Below are positions 53,713 through 63,554 of a DNA stretch of 64,000 nucleotides, one piece after another. This DNA is from Candidatus Latescibacterota bacterium (GTDB lineage: Bacteria; Latescibacterota; UBA2968; UBA8231). The DNA lies in contig OZ241889.1 in assembly GCA_965203355.1 (NCBI GenBank), positions 2,336,001-2,400,000 on the forward strand, in the 5' to 3' direction. Every line of letters begins with the position of its first letter. The stretch's first letter is position 1. The translations under genes were made by a program, and so were the position numbers. Below the pieces are notes generated by a model. It was not told the origin of the DNA and did no database searches. It was given only the letters and a program-made list of their open reading frames with translations.

Positions 53713-55671
53713 TTGGAAATGCCGTGGCGTAAAAAATATACTCGCCCTCTTAGATGTGGACAACCTAGGCCCGGTTGTCGGCAGCACCTTGCCCGCTGCG
53801 TATGCGCGGTCTTTGCGGCCGTGCTGATGCCGAACTTCACCGAAGGGCAGGCACACTCGTGGACGCATTCGGCCGACGCCGAAAAAATTTTTGGCAACGG
53901 GCTTGCAGCATATAAACAGGGGCGTTTCGACGAGACACTCAACCACCTACAGTCGCTAGCGGAGTTCCCGCTCAACCAGCGGTCCAGTGCCGGCCAATTC
54001 CTCTTGGGGAAAACCCTGTATCACTTAGGTCGCTTTGCCGAAGCCATTGACGCGGCCTTGGTCTTGCAACGTAGGTTTCCCGCCAGCCGCTACCTGCCCA
54101 ATGCCCGGCTGTTGCTTGGCGACTCGTTTTTTGCCAGCAAGCACTACTCCGAAGCCGCATCCCAGTACGGCCGTTTGTTGGCCACGCAGGCCCCACTTGG
54201 CCTTCAAGCGCAAGCAGCCGAGCGGTTGGCGGCCATGGATTGGAACAAACAGATAAAAGAACAAGAGCGGGCGCGTCTGCGTCAGGCCGTAGGGGCCGAG
54301 CGTCTGCGCGAGGCCCTGTTCTTCGGCCAGGTGCGCTGGTATCATCGCCTCGGCTGGCAAGAAGAAGCCGACCAAGCGATACAGACTTATCGCGATAGCG
54401 TCGTCAATGGCATATTCGCTCCGATAGCCGCTGTCTGGGGGAGCGATCGGACCGCATATGGCCGGCGCGTCGGCTCGGAGTCGCCCCGGTTGGGCTTGTT
54501 GCTGCCGATGACCGGGCCGTACCATCGGATCGGCGAAGAACTCCGCGATGGGGTGCAACTGGCCAATCGGGAAGCCAGCAGTCCCTTTGAACTGGTCGTT
54601 GCCGACACTGGGATTGACTACGGGAATTTGCCCATCGCTGCCGATCTGGGCAGCGATATTAGCGAGAACCCGGCCAGCGGTTTGTTGCGCGTAGCGTATG
54701 GTGCCCAACAGTTGTTGGATCGAGGCGTCGTGGCCATTGTCGGTCCGCTCTTTAGCAGCTCTGGCGTCGTGGCGGCCGCGATTGCCGCACGCGCTGGTGT
54801 TCCCCTATTGGTGCCGCTGGCCCAACAGAGCGGCCTGGATGCGCTCGGCCACAGCATTTTCCAGTTGAGTACAGTCCCAACGACGCAGGCACGCCTGTTG
54901 GGCGAGTACGCGACCCTCGTCCTCGGCTTGGAACACTTAGCGATTATCGCGCCTCTCAGCGATTATGGCTGGGATTTCGCGCGCGAATTCACTCGCATTG
55001 CTGTGCGCAACGGCGGTCAGATCGCGCACAGCGATTGGTATGTCCCCAACGAGACAAAGGATTTTCGCCTCGTTTTCGAGGAGATTCGCAAGGCCGGTTT
55101 TGCGCTGAGGCCGCCGCCGGATACGCTTGCCGTGGGCGAGGAAGAGCTAGCAGCGGATATGTTTATCGACACTATCGACGGCGTGGTGGTGGTGGTCGAG
55201 AGTTTTGAGGACGCCCAGACCATCGCGCCGCAGGTTCACTTTCACCGTTTGCAGACCCAAATTCTCGGCAACGATGCTTGGTGGGATCCCGAAGCCATTC
55301 GGCAGATGCGCCCAAGAGAGCGCAAGAATTTCGACGGCGTCATTTTCGTTTCTGCCCGGCAAGCCGAGTCCGCGGCCGAGCAGTCGTTTGTCAGCAAATT
55401 TCGCAAGCAGTTCGGCCGCGACCCACGCTACGCAGCGGCTGGTTACGACGCTACCCGCTTGCTCCTCGAAGGGTGGGAGCAAAGGTCGCGCGATCCAGCC
55501 GCGCTGATTGAGTGGTTGACCACGGTCCGGTTCTACCAAGGTGCCTCGGGCACCATCTCCCTGTCGCCCGACGTGCGCTCCAATAACGCGCTGACCTTGC
55601 TCAAAATCGAGCGCGCCAAGGTGCGTTCCCTCAGCACGGGCGATCTCCCGCAAATGGAGGCCGCCGAGTAG
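53713..55671 (+). CDS. TPR plus periplasmic-binding-fold envelope protein (LpoA/LppC-like); start uncertain
   Basis: N-terminal TPR helices; LGLLLPMTG, AIVGPL, GYDA, YQGASGTI. Confidence 0.75.
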   Translation: MEMPWRKKYTRPLRCGQPRPGCRQHLARCVCAVFAAVLMPNFTEGQAHSWTHSADAEKIFGNGLAAYKQGRFDETLNHLQSLAEFPLNQRSSAGQFLLGKTLYHLGRFAEAIDAALVLQRRFPASRYLPNARLLLGDSFFASKHYSEAASQYGRLLATQAPLGLQAQAAERLAAMDWNKQIKEQERARLRQAVGAERLREALFFGQVRWYHRLGWQEEADQAIQTYRDSVVNGIFAPIAAVWGSDRTAYGRRVGSESPRLGLLLPMTGPYHRIGEELRDGVQLANREASSPFELVVADTGIDYGNLPIAADLGSDISENPASGLLRVAYGAQQLLDRGVVAIVGPLFSSSGVVAAAIAARAGVPLLVPLAQQSGLDALGHSIFQLSTVPTTQARLLGEYATLVLGLEHLAIIAPLSDYGWDFAREFTRIAVRNGGQIAHSDWYVPNETKDFRLVFEEIRKAGFALRPPPDTLAVGEEELAADMFIDTIDGVVVVVESFEDAQTIAPQVHFHRLQTQILGNDAWWDPEAIRQMRPRERKNFDGVIFVSARQAESAAEQSFVSKFRKQFGRDPRYAAAGYDATRLLLEGWEQRSRDPAALIEWLTTVRFYQGASGTISLSPDVRSNNALTLLKIERAKVRSLSTGDLPQMEAAE

Positions 55672-55691
55672 TCCGCGGGAACCGCTAGGTA

Positions 55692-55720
55692 TTGCGCCTC
55701 TAGTTGCCCGAATTTATATT
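55692..55720 (+). promoter_or_regulatory. Putative sigma70 promoter
   Basis: TTGCGC-17 nt-TATATT. Confidence 0.5.
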
Positions 55721-55760
55721 ATCAGATTTACATTTTTAGTTATAACGAGAGCCAAAAGCT

Positions 55761-56048
55761 ATGCCCACATATGAATACGAATGCCAAGGCTGCGGCCACC
55801 GATTTGAAGAGTTCCAGAGCATCACGGCCGCACCGCGCCAAACTTGCCCGGAAGCAAATTGTGCAGGCCCAGTCAAGCGGCTCATCAGCGTGGGCGGTGG
55901 CCTGCTTTTTAAGGGGACGGGCTTTTACATAACCGACTACCGAAGCGATGGATACCAAAAGGCAGCTAAGGCCGACAAAGACAGCGGCAACACCAAGGCG
56001 AGCGATAAAAAGGGCGACGGCAAAGCGAAGGTCGCCAAAGCCGATTGA
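55761..56048 (+). CDS. FmdB-family zinc ribbon protein
   Basis: [33 protein letters not shown]. Confidence 0.92.
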   Translation: MPTYEYECQGCGHRFEEFQSITAAPRQTCPEANCAGPVKRLISVGGGLLFKGTGFYITDYRSDGYQKAAKADKDSGNTKASDKKGDGKAKVAKAD

Positions 56049-56575
56049 GGAACTTTCTCGTGCGATACGCGGTTAAATTACGGATGTGGTCGAGCATACT
56101 CCTCGGAATATTTATCGCCGGGTCTTGGTGGGCAGGTTGCAGTCAGCAAAGTGCTGAAGAGCTGTTTGCGGCCGGGGAAGCCGCCGCGGCCGACTCGGCT
56201 ACTGCCGACCAAGCGGTCGCGCATTTTACGGCCTTTATCGAACGCTTTGGCCAATCTCCCAAGGCACCAGAGGTGCTGAGAAAACTCGCCAGCTTGGCCC
56301 AGCAGCAAGGGAAAATGCAGGAGGCCATCGGTTATTACGAGCGCGTGTTGGCCGAATATCCCGCTAGCGGGCACGGCGACGAAGCCCAGTTTATGATCGC
56401 CTTTATATACGAGGAGTACATCCGCGACCTAGAACAAGCGCGGCGGGCCTATCAGCGCGTAATTGACAACTACCCGGATTCCGAGCTGGCCACGAGTGCT
56501 CGGCATCTGTTGCCCAACGTCGGGCGTGCCCCGCGAGAATGGGTTCAATTTCAGGATGAGGGCGCCGCTCCTTGA
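56045..56575 (+). CDS. TPR lipoprotein (BamD/CpoB-like); alternative start ATG at 56084
   Basis: Lipobox WAG-C; repeats Y.RV..EYP.S and Y.RV..NYP.S. Confidence 0.8.
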   Translation: MRNFLVRYAVKLRMWSSILLGIFIAGSWWAGCSQQSAEELFAAGEAAAADSATADQAVAHFTAFIERFGQSPKAPEVLRKLASLAQQQGKMQEAIGYYERVLAEYPASGHGDEAQFMIAFIYEEYIRDLEQARRAYQRVIDNYPDSELATSARHLLPNVGRAPREWVQFQDEGAAP

Positions 56576-56617
56576 CCCGTTGGAAGTTGTTATAAAGGTC
56601 TGAGGCAGATGGGTCCA

Positions 56618-56650
56618 GCCGCTTGCGAATCCGCAGGGCGGTTTTTTATT
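56618..56650 (+). terminator. Probable intrinsic terminator upstream of moxR
   Basis: GCCGCTTGCG-AATC-CGCAGGGCGG-TTTTTT. Confidence 0.6.
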
Positions 56651-56682
56651 GGCTAAACAGACCAACGTCGAGAGTACATCCG

Positions 56683-57681
56683 ATGACGCAAACGACAATA
56701 GACATTCAAGCGATTAGCGAGCAGGTTCAGCGCGAGAGTTTGGTGGTAGAGCGCATTTTGCAGGAAATGGACCGGGTCATCGTCGGTCAACGCGCCATGG
56801 TGGAGCGCATCCTGATGGGGCTATTGTGCAACGGCCACATCCTCCTCGAAGGGGTGCCCGGGCTGGCTAAGACCCTGACGGTAGCGACGCTGGCAAGGAT
56901 CGTAGCGGCCCAGTTCAAGCGGATCCAGTTTACTCCGGATCTTTTGCCCGCTGACCTGACCGGGACCACCATCTACAATCAGCAGCAAGGAGTCTTCATT
57001 CCTAAGAAAGGCCCGATTTTTGCCCATTTGATCTTGGCCGACGAGATCAACCGGGCACCGGCCAAAGTGCAGAGTGCGCTGTTGGAGTGCATGCAGGAGC
57101 GGCAGGTGACCATCGGCGAGGAAACCTATGCGCTCGACGACCCGTTCTTGGTCATGGCCACTCAGAACCCGATTGATCAAGAGGGAACCTACCCACTGCC
57201 CGAAGCCCAAGTCGATCGGTTCATGCTCAAAGTGAAAGTCGATTATCCGTCGCGCGCCGAGGAGCGGCTGATCTTGGACCGCATGGCCAACGACAGTCTG
57301 ATCGAGGTGGAGCAAGCGGTGGGGATCGACGAAATACGCCGCCTGCGCGAGGTGGTGGCGATCGTCTATATTGACGACAAGATCAAGGATTACGTCGTCG
57401 ATCTCGTTCAGGCCACCCGGCGACCAGCCGACTACGGGCTGGCCGACATGGCGCCGCTGATCGAGTACGGGGCCTCGCCACGAGCCGCTATTTTTCTCGT
57501 CCGCACGGCCCGCGCCCACGCCTTCATCCAGCGGCGCGGCTACGTCACCCCGGAAGATGTCAAGGCTGTGGGGGCCGATGTGCTCAGGCATCGGATCATC
57601 GCCTCGTACGAGGCCGAGGCCGAGGAAATCGACAGCGACCACATCGTACAACAGCTCTTCGACCACATCGAAGTTCCCTAA
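56683..57681 (+). CDS. moxR: MoxR-family AAA+ ATPase
   Basis: EGVPGLAKT, RIQFTPDLLP, DEINRA, ATQNP, EAQVDRF, GASPR. Confidence 0.95.
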   Translation: MTQTTIDIQAISEQVQRESLVVERILQEMDRVIVGQRAMVERILMGLLCNGHILLEGVPGLAKTLTVATLARIVAAQFKRIQFTPDLLPADLTGTTIYNQQQGVFIPKKGPIFAHLILADEINRAPAKVQSALLECMQERQVTIGEETYALDDPFLVMATQNPIDQEGTYPLPEAQVDRFMLKVKVDYPSRAEERLILDRMANDSLIEVEQAVGIDEIRRLREVVAIVYIDDKIKDYVVDLVQATRRPADYGLADMAPLIEYGASPRAAIFLVRTARAHAFIQRRGYVTPEDVKAVGADVLRHRIIASYEAEAEEIDSDHIVQQLFDHIEVP

Positions 57682-57695
57682 AGCCAAGGCGTGCC

Positions 57696-58571
57696 GTGAT
57701 TCCCAAAGAGATACTCGACAAAGTTCGCCTGATCGAGATTCACACCCGCAGCATGGTGAACAACCTCTTTGCCGGCGAATACCACTCGGCGTTCAAGGGG
57801 CGGGGGATGGAGTTTGCCGAGGCGCGCGAATACCAGCCCGGCGACGATGTGCGCCACATTGACTGGAACGTAACGGCGCGGGTGGGGGTGCCTTTCATCA
57901 AGATATTCGACGAAGAGCGCGAGTTGACCGCGGTGTTGGTGGTAGATGCCAGCGCGTCTGGGGCTTTTGGCTCACAGCATCAGATGAAAGGGGAAATTGG
58001 GGTTGAGGTTTCGGCGTTGTTGGCCTTTAGCGCAATCAAGAACAACGACCGAGTGGGCTTGCTCATCTTCACGGACGAGGTCGAGGTCTTCGTGCCGCCC
58101 AAGAAAGGACGCAAGCACGTGCTGCGCGTACTGCGCGAGTTGCTGTACTTTCAGCCGCAGGGGCGCAAGACCTCCATTGCTGGAGCCTTGGAATACCTCA
58201 GCCGAGTCTTGCACCGCCGCAGTGTGATTTTTGTCATCTCCGATTTTCTCGACCAAGGCTACGAGCCAGCGCTGCGGCACTTGAGCCAGCGGCACGATTT
58301 GATCGCCGTGGTGGTGAGCGACCCACGCGAGTGGGAGTTGCCCGATGTTGGTTTTATCAACCTGCAAGACGCCGAGACCGGCCAACAAGTACTCGTCGAT
58401 AGCGGCCACGAGGGCGTGCGCACATTTTTCGCCGCTGAACAGCGATCCCTCGCCGAGCGCCGCAGCAGTCTATTGCGCAAGGCGGGCGTTGACGAAATAG
58501 CGATTGACCTGTCGCGCCCCTATGTCGAACCTCTTATTCACTTTTTTCGCACGCGGATGCAGCGACACTAA
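57696..58571 (+). CDS. DUF58 (vWA-like) MoxR partner
   Basis: FKGRGMEF, REYQPGDDVRHIDWNVTAR, DASAS, ISDF. Confidence 0.93.
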   Translation: MIPKEILDKVRLIEIHTRSMVNNLFAGEYHSAFKGRGMEFAEAREYQPGDDVRHIDWNVTARVGVPFIKIFDEERELTAVLVVDASASGAFGSQHQMKGEIGVEVSALLAFSAIKNNDRVGLLIFTDEVEVFVPPKKGRKHVLRVLRELLYFQPQGRKTSIAGALEYLSRVLHRRSVIFVISDFLDQGYEPALRHLSQRHDLIAVVVSDPREWELPDVGFINLQDAETGQQVLVDSGHEGVRTFFAAEQRSLAERRSSLLRKAGVDEIAIDLSRPYVEPLIHFFRTRMQRH

Positions 58572-58583
58572 GGAGGAAATACA

Positions 58584-59516
58584 TTGATTGAAGTACGCGA
58601 ACTGTCCAAACACTACGGGGATGTCGTCGCCGTGGAAAATGTGTCCTTCAGCGTTGACAAGGGCGTCATCCTCGGTTTTCTCGGGCCCAATGGCGCGGGC
58701 AAGACCACGACGATGCGCATGCTGACCTGTTATCTGCCGCCTTCGCAGGGCGAAGCCAAAGTCGCTGGTTTCGACATTGTTGAAGAGTCCTTGGAGGTAC
58801 GCAAGCGCATCGGCTACCTGCCCGAGCAGCCGCCGCTTTACCACGATATGACAGTAAACGCCTATCTGCGCTTCGTGGCCAAAATCAAGGGCGTGCCCAG
58901 CGCGGCGCTCAACAGCCGAATTGATGACACTATGGAAAAAACCGGCATCGCCCATCAGTGCCACATGGTGATCGGCCACTTGTCCAAGGGCTACCGGCAG
59001 CGCGTCGGTTTGGCCCAAGCCCTCGTCCACGAGCCAGAGGTGCTCATCCTCGACGAGCCGACTGTGGGCCTCGATCCCAAGCAGATCATCGAGATCCGCG
59101 AGGTCATCAAGGGGCTGGGGGGCGACCACACGGTCATACTCAGCACGCACATCCTGCCGGAGGTGAGCATGACCTGTGGGCAACTGGCGATCATCAACAA
59201 CGGCCGCATATCCGGTCAAGGTACGCCCGAAAGTCTCATGGCCCAGCTCAAGGAGGGCGAGGTGTTGCGCGCCCACATAGAGGGTCCCAGCGATCAGGTG
59301 CTGGGCATGCTCGGCCAGCTAGAAGGCGTGCTGGAAGTGGAAGTTAGTGGCGAGGAGGGCGCGTACGTGGTGACGAGTGCCCCGGGAGCCGATGTGCGCG
59401 ACGACCTGACCCGCAAGGTCGTGGAAAGCGGCTTTAGCCTGCGCGAATTGCGGCCGCTCGACATGACCCTCGAAGACATTTTCCTGAGCCTGACTAGCGA
59501 GGAGGTAGCAGCTTAA
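58584..59516 (+). CDS. ABC ATP-binding protein, GldA-like
   Basis: GPNGAGKT, LSKGYRQR, LDEPTVGLDP, STH. Confidence 0.93.
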   Translation: MIEVRELSKHYGDVVAVENVSFSVDKGVILGFLGPNGAGKTTTMRMLTCYLPPSQGEAKVAGFDIVEESLEVRKRIGYLPEQPPLYHDMTVNAYLRFVAKIKGVPSAALNSRIDDTMEKTGIAHQCHMVIGHLSKGYRQRVGLAQALVHEPEVLILDEPTVGLDPKQIIEIREVIKGLGGDHTVILSTHILPEVSMTCGQLAIINNGRISGQGTPESLMAQLKEGEVLRAHIEGPSDQVLGMLGQLEGVLEVEVSGEEGAYVVTSAPGADVRDDLTRKVVESGFSLRELRPLDMTLEDIFLSLTSEEVAA

Positions 59517-59517
59517 A

Positions 59518-60300
59518 ATGCGCAATTTTGCCGCCGTTTATATCAAGGAGATGCGCTCCTATTTTGTTTCGCCGGTCGCCTATGTGATCGCCGGCGTTTT
59601 CCTGTTTCTCTCGGGCTATTTGTTCCGCAATATCCTGATGCAGTTCAACCTCTGGTGCTTGCAGTTTGGCCAGCGCGCGCAAATGGGTATGGGGGGGATG
59701 CCGGCACTCAATCTCAACGAAATGGTCGTCACCCAATTCTTTGCGGTCATGGACTTCATCTGGCTCTTGGTCATCCCGATGCTGACCATGCGGCTCTTTG
59801 CCGAAGAAAAAAAATCCGGGACCATCGAATTGCTGATGACCTCGCCGCTGCGCACCATCGAGGTGATGTTGGGCAAGTTTTTTGCCTGCTTTTCGCTCTA
59901 CGGTATCATCGTCAGCTTGACGTTGATCTATTTTGCGATCCTCGAAGTGTACGGCTCGCCCGACTGGGGGCCGATTTTTTCCGGCTATCTCGGCTACTTG
60001 TTCCTCGGCGCGACCTTTATCTCGGTGGGCATCTTGGCCTCGGCCCTGACGGAAAATCAGATCGTTGCCGTGTTGCTGACCTTTGGCATGTTGCTCCTGT
60101 TTTGGCTCATCGACTGGTCGGCTAGCTTTGCCGGTCCGACCGCCGCTAAAATTTTGCAGTACCTCTCCTTTATAGCCCACCTCGAAGATTTCCAGCGCGG
60201 CGTCATCGACACCAAGGATGTGGTGTTCTACCTGAGCTTTACCTTTTTCTGCTTATTTTTGACCACGCGCGTCATTGAATCGCGGAGATGGAGGCGCTGA
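59518..60300 (+). CDS. ABC-2 permease, GldF-like
   Basis: KEMRSYFVSP.AY, TMRLFAEEKKSGTIELLMTSP, TENQIVA. Confidence 0.9.
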   Translation: MRNFAAVYIKEMRSYFVSPVAYVIAGVFLFLSGYLFRNILMQFNLWCLQFGQRAQMGMGGMPALNLNEMVVTQFFAVMDFIWLLVIPMLTMRLFAEEKKSGTIELLMTSPLRTIEVMLGKFFACFSLYGIIVSLTLIYFAILEVYGSPDWGPIFSGYLGYLFLGATFISVGILASALTENQIVAVLLTFGMLLLFWLIDWSASFAGPTAAKILQYLSFIAHLEDFQRGVIDTKDVVFYLSFTFFCLFLTTRVIESRRWRR

Positions 60301-60302
60301 GC

Positions 60303-63300
60303 ATGAAGGCATATACTACGCCCTTGGGGTTGGTCGGCGCGGCGCTGATGGTCGCGGGTGGCTTGGCCTATCTGCTCAATGCCGAGAGCGGCTCAATCGG
60401 GCTTTTCAACTTGGCACTCGGCGCCCTGATGGTGGCCGCGGCCGGGCTTTTAAACCCGGCGCTCTTCCGCCAGTACGGCCGCTGGCTCAACGCCTTTTGG
60501 GGTGGCATCATGGTCTTTGGCATTGTGGCGATGGTCAACTTTTTGGGCAACCGCTATCCCGAGCGTTTCGATCTGACCGAGGGCCGGCTGCACAGCCTCG
60601 CCGATTTGACGGTGGAGACGCTCAAGGCGCTGGACCAGGACGTTCACGCCCTCGCCTTTATGGAGGGAGGAGAAAACCCCGAGCTCGAACTACTGCTGGC
60701 CGAGTTCGAGACGTACAACACGCGCTTCAGCTACGAATTCATCGACCCAGACCGCGATCCGCTGCGAACCGAGGACTACGGCATCCGCCGCTACGACACG
60801 CTGGTGTTGGAAAGCGGCGACAAACAACAGCAAATCACCGAACTCGAAGAGCGGGCGATCGTCAACTCGCTGCTCAAACTGACGCGCGAGCGCCAAGACC
60901 GAATCTATTTGACGGTGGGGCACGGCGAGCGTCAGCTCGCCAACCAGCCCGATGGACTAGAGCAGCTAAAGGTCCAATTGGCGGAGATCGACTATGCGGT
61001 CGAAGATTCGCTCTTCCTCGCCCGCGAGGGGGCCGTGCCCGAAGATTGCGCCGTGCTGGTCGTCGCCGGCCCGCGCACCCCCTTTTTCTCGGTGGAGGTC
61101 GAGGCCATCCGCTCCTACCTCGCTGAGGGCGGGGCTCTGCTGTTGCTCTTGGACCCGCTCGCCGACAGTGGCCTAGCCGAACTGTTGAGCGAGTGGGGCG
61201 TGGTGGTCGGCGACGATTTCGTCATCGACACCAGCGGAATTGGCTCGCTCTTTGGCCTCGATTTTACCACGCCGGTTGCGCTCTCCTACGGCGATCATCC
61301 GGTCACGCGCAAGCACCAAGGTCTGATGACCTTCTTCCAACTCGGGCGCTCGGTGCATTTTGACGAGAGTAGCGGCCGCGAAGGGGCCATCTTGGTGCAG
61401 ACCTCAGAGGCTGGTTGGGCCGAGACCGACTTGAGTGTGCTCTCCAGCGCAAGCGACCAGACGGTCAAGCTCGACGAGGGGGTCGATCAGCCCGGGCCAG
61501 TGTCCTTGGCCGTGGCGGCCCGCGACCCCGACGCCGGGGGCCGCTTGGTGGTCTTTGGGGATTCGGACTTTGCCACTAACCAGTACTTCGGCGTTCAGGG
61601 CAACGGCGACTTGGTGCTCAACGCCTTGAGTTGGCTGGCCGAGGACGAGGCCCTGATCTCGATCCGCCCCCGCGAGCCGGGCCACAACCCCATCGCCCTG
61701 ACCGAAAGCGATGGCGAGTGGATCTTCTGGATCAGCGTGGTGCTGTACCCAGGGCTGATCGCCTTGGTCGGCATTGTGGTCGTTTCGCGCAAGGGACGCT
61801 GGAGCCTAGCCGACTTGAGCGCGGCCGGATTGGGCATTGTGATTTCGCTCGGCATTGCTGCACTGGTCAACTTCCTTGGCGACCGCTACCACTTCCGCAA
61901 GGATATGACAGCCGACGCGCTGTTTACGCTGTCGGGCGACACCCATCGGCTCCTCGCGCCGCTTGAAGACAACGGCCAGTACGTCAGCGTCAAGACCTTC
62001 ATGGGCGAGATGGAGAACATGCGCTTTGAGAATCTCCTACGGGAGTACAGCTATGCGTCGCCTAACTTCGACTACGAGTTGCTCGATCCGCAGAAAAATC
62101 AGCTGCGCGTCGAGCAGAACAACATCCGCGAGCGCGGGACTTCAATCGTCGAGGTGATCGACCACGGGCAGGTGCGCACCGAGCGCATTACCGCCCAGAG
62201 CGAAGAGGCGCTGAGCAATGCCATTCTCAAGGCACTCAAAGGCCGCGAGCTAAGGGCCTATTTTACCAGTGGCCACGGCGAGGCCGAACTCGACCAAGTT
62301 GACGAACAGGGCTATTCCACGCTCAAGAGCCGCCTCAAGGAACTAAATTTCGCAGTTGAAGGAGGGCTGACGCTCGCCGAGCCGGTGCCTGATGACGCTA
62401 CATTGGTCGTGGTGTTAGCACCGAAAGCGCGCTTTGCTGCGGCTGAAGCCGAAGTGCTGCGGCAATACTTGGCTCGCGGGGGCAGCGCGCTGTTTTTGCT
62501 CGATCCGGGCCAGCCGACCGGACTCGAAGCATTGCTGAATGAGTACTCGATCGAGTTGGGGCAGGATTTCGTCGTCGATTTGAGCGGCTTGGGCCAGCTT
62601 TTTGGCGCCGATGTCTCAGTGCCGGTGGTCCTCAACTACGGCGATCACCCGATCACCGAAAAGCTATCCGCCGGTACGATGAGCTTCTTCCCGCTGGCGC
62701 GCTCGGTGCAGCTAACCGAACATCGGCTCAAGGAGCCGGATATCGCCGCCTTGGCGCACACCCACAAAAGCAGTTGGGGTGAAAAAGACCTGGCCCCCAT
62801 AGTGGGTGCTGGCGGCGAGGTGGAGTTCGACCCGGAAGTGGATATTCGCGGCCCGGTGTCGCTGGCCGTGGCCGTTTCCGCAGACGTGGATACTAGCTTG
62901 GCACCCGAAGGCCGGACGCGACTGGTGGTCATTGGCGATGCGGATTTTGCCTCCAATCAGTACTTTGCTCAGCAGGCCAATGGCGAGCTATTCCTCGGCA
63001 GCGTTAGCTGGCTCACCGAAGACGAAGCTCGCCTGACTATCGCCGACAAGCAACCGGCCTTTAATCCCATCAACCTGATCGGCAATCAGGGCGCGGTCAT
63101 TCTCTGGGTCTCGGTGTTTATTGTGCCGTTTGCGGTCGCGTTGTCGGGCATGGTCATGGTGCTCAGGCGCGGCTATCAGACCTATGCCGAGGGCTTTGTC
63201 TCGTGGCTGGTGTACACCTTCTGGGGCAATGCGATGTTTTTCTTCATCAGCGGCATCATTGCCACCAGCGAGGGGGCATTCTTTGAGGGCGAGGTCAAAT

Positions 63301-63554
63301 TGATTGCGGCCTTGGCCTCGGCGGCTATTGGCTATGGCCTCTATCGGCACGCGGCGTGGGCTTGGCAAGCCGGCTTGGCGTTTGCGGTGTTGTGCGCTGG
63401 CGTGGTTGCCCTGACGATTTTCACCGGTGCCAGCCTTGGGTTCTCGCTGATTCCCAACGAGACAGTCCAACTGATCTACGCCGCGATTTTCGTGGTCAAC
63501 ACGGCCATTCTCGTGTGGATTAAAAAGGTCTTTGTACAAGAGGAGCAAGCATGA
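60303..63554 (+). CDS. GldG-family ABC auxiliary protein with two tandem GldG modules and a C-terminal membrane domain
   Basis: GHGE, GPVSLAVA, RLVV.GD.DF.N and SWL.EDE each occur twice. Confidence 0.88.
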   Translation: MKAYTTPLGLVGAALMVAGGLAYLLNAESGSIGLFNLALGALMVAAAGLLNPALFRQYGRWLNAFWGGIMVFGIVAMVNFLGNRYPERFDLTEGRLHSLADLTVETLKALDQDVHALAFMEGGENPELELLLAEFETYNTRFSYEFIDPDRDPLRTEDYGIRRYDTLVLESGDKQQQITELEERAIVNSLLKLTRERQDRIYLTVGHGERQLANQPDGLEQLKVQLAEIDYAVEDSLFLAREGAVPEDCAVLVVAGPRTPFFSVEVEAIRSYLAEGGALLLLLDPLADSGLAELLSEWGVVVGDDFVIDTSGIGSLFGLDFTTPVALSYGDHPVTRKHQGLMTFFQLGRSVHFDESSGREGAILVQTSEAGWAETDLSVLSSASDQTVKLDEGVDQPGPVSLAVAARDPDAGGRLVVFGDSDFATNQYFGVQGNGDLVLNALSWLAEDEALISIRPREPGHNPIALTESDGEWIFWISVVLYPGLIALVGIVVVSRKGRWSLADLSAAGLGIVISLGIAALVNFLGDRYHFRKDMTADALFTLSGDTHRLLAPLEDNGQYVSVKTFMGEMENMRFENLLREYSYASPNFDYELLDPQKNQLRVEQNNIRERGTSIVEVIDHGQVRTERITAQSEEALSNAILKALKGRELRAYFTSGHGEAELDQVDEQGYSTLKSRLKELNFAVEGGLTLAEPVPDDATLVVVLAPKARFAAAEAEVLRQYLARGGSALFLLDPGQPTGLEALLNEYSIELGQDFVVDLSGLGQLFGADVSVPVVLNYGDHPITEKLSAGTMSFFPLARSVQLTEHRLKEPDIAALAHTHKSSWGEKDLAPIVGAGGEVEFDPEVDIRGPVSLAVAVSADVDTSLAPEGRTRLVVIGDADFASNQYFAQQANGELFLGSVSWLTEDEARLTIADKQPAFNPINLIGNQGAVILWVSVFIVPFAVALSGMVMVLRRGYQTYAEGFVSWLVYTFWGNAMFFFISGIIATSEGAFFEGEVKLIAALASAAIGYGLYRHAAWAWQAGLAFAVLCAGVVALTIFTGASLGFSLIPNETVQLIYAAIFVVNTAILVWIKKVFVQEEQA

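Noticed and set aside
56572-56596. TTGACC...TATAAA promoter for moxR
   Set aside because: The spacer is only 13 nt.
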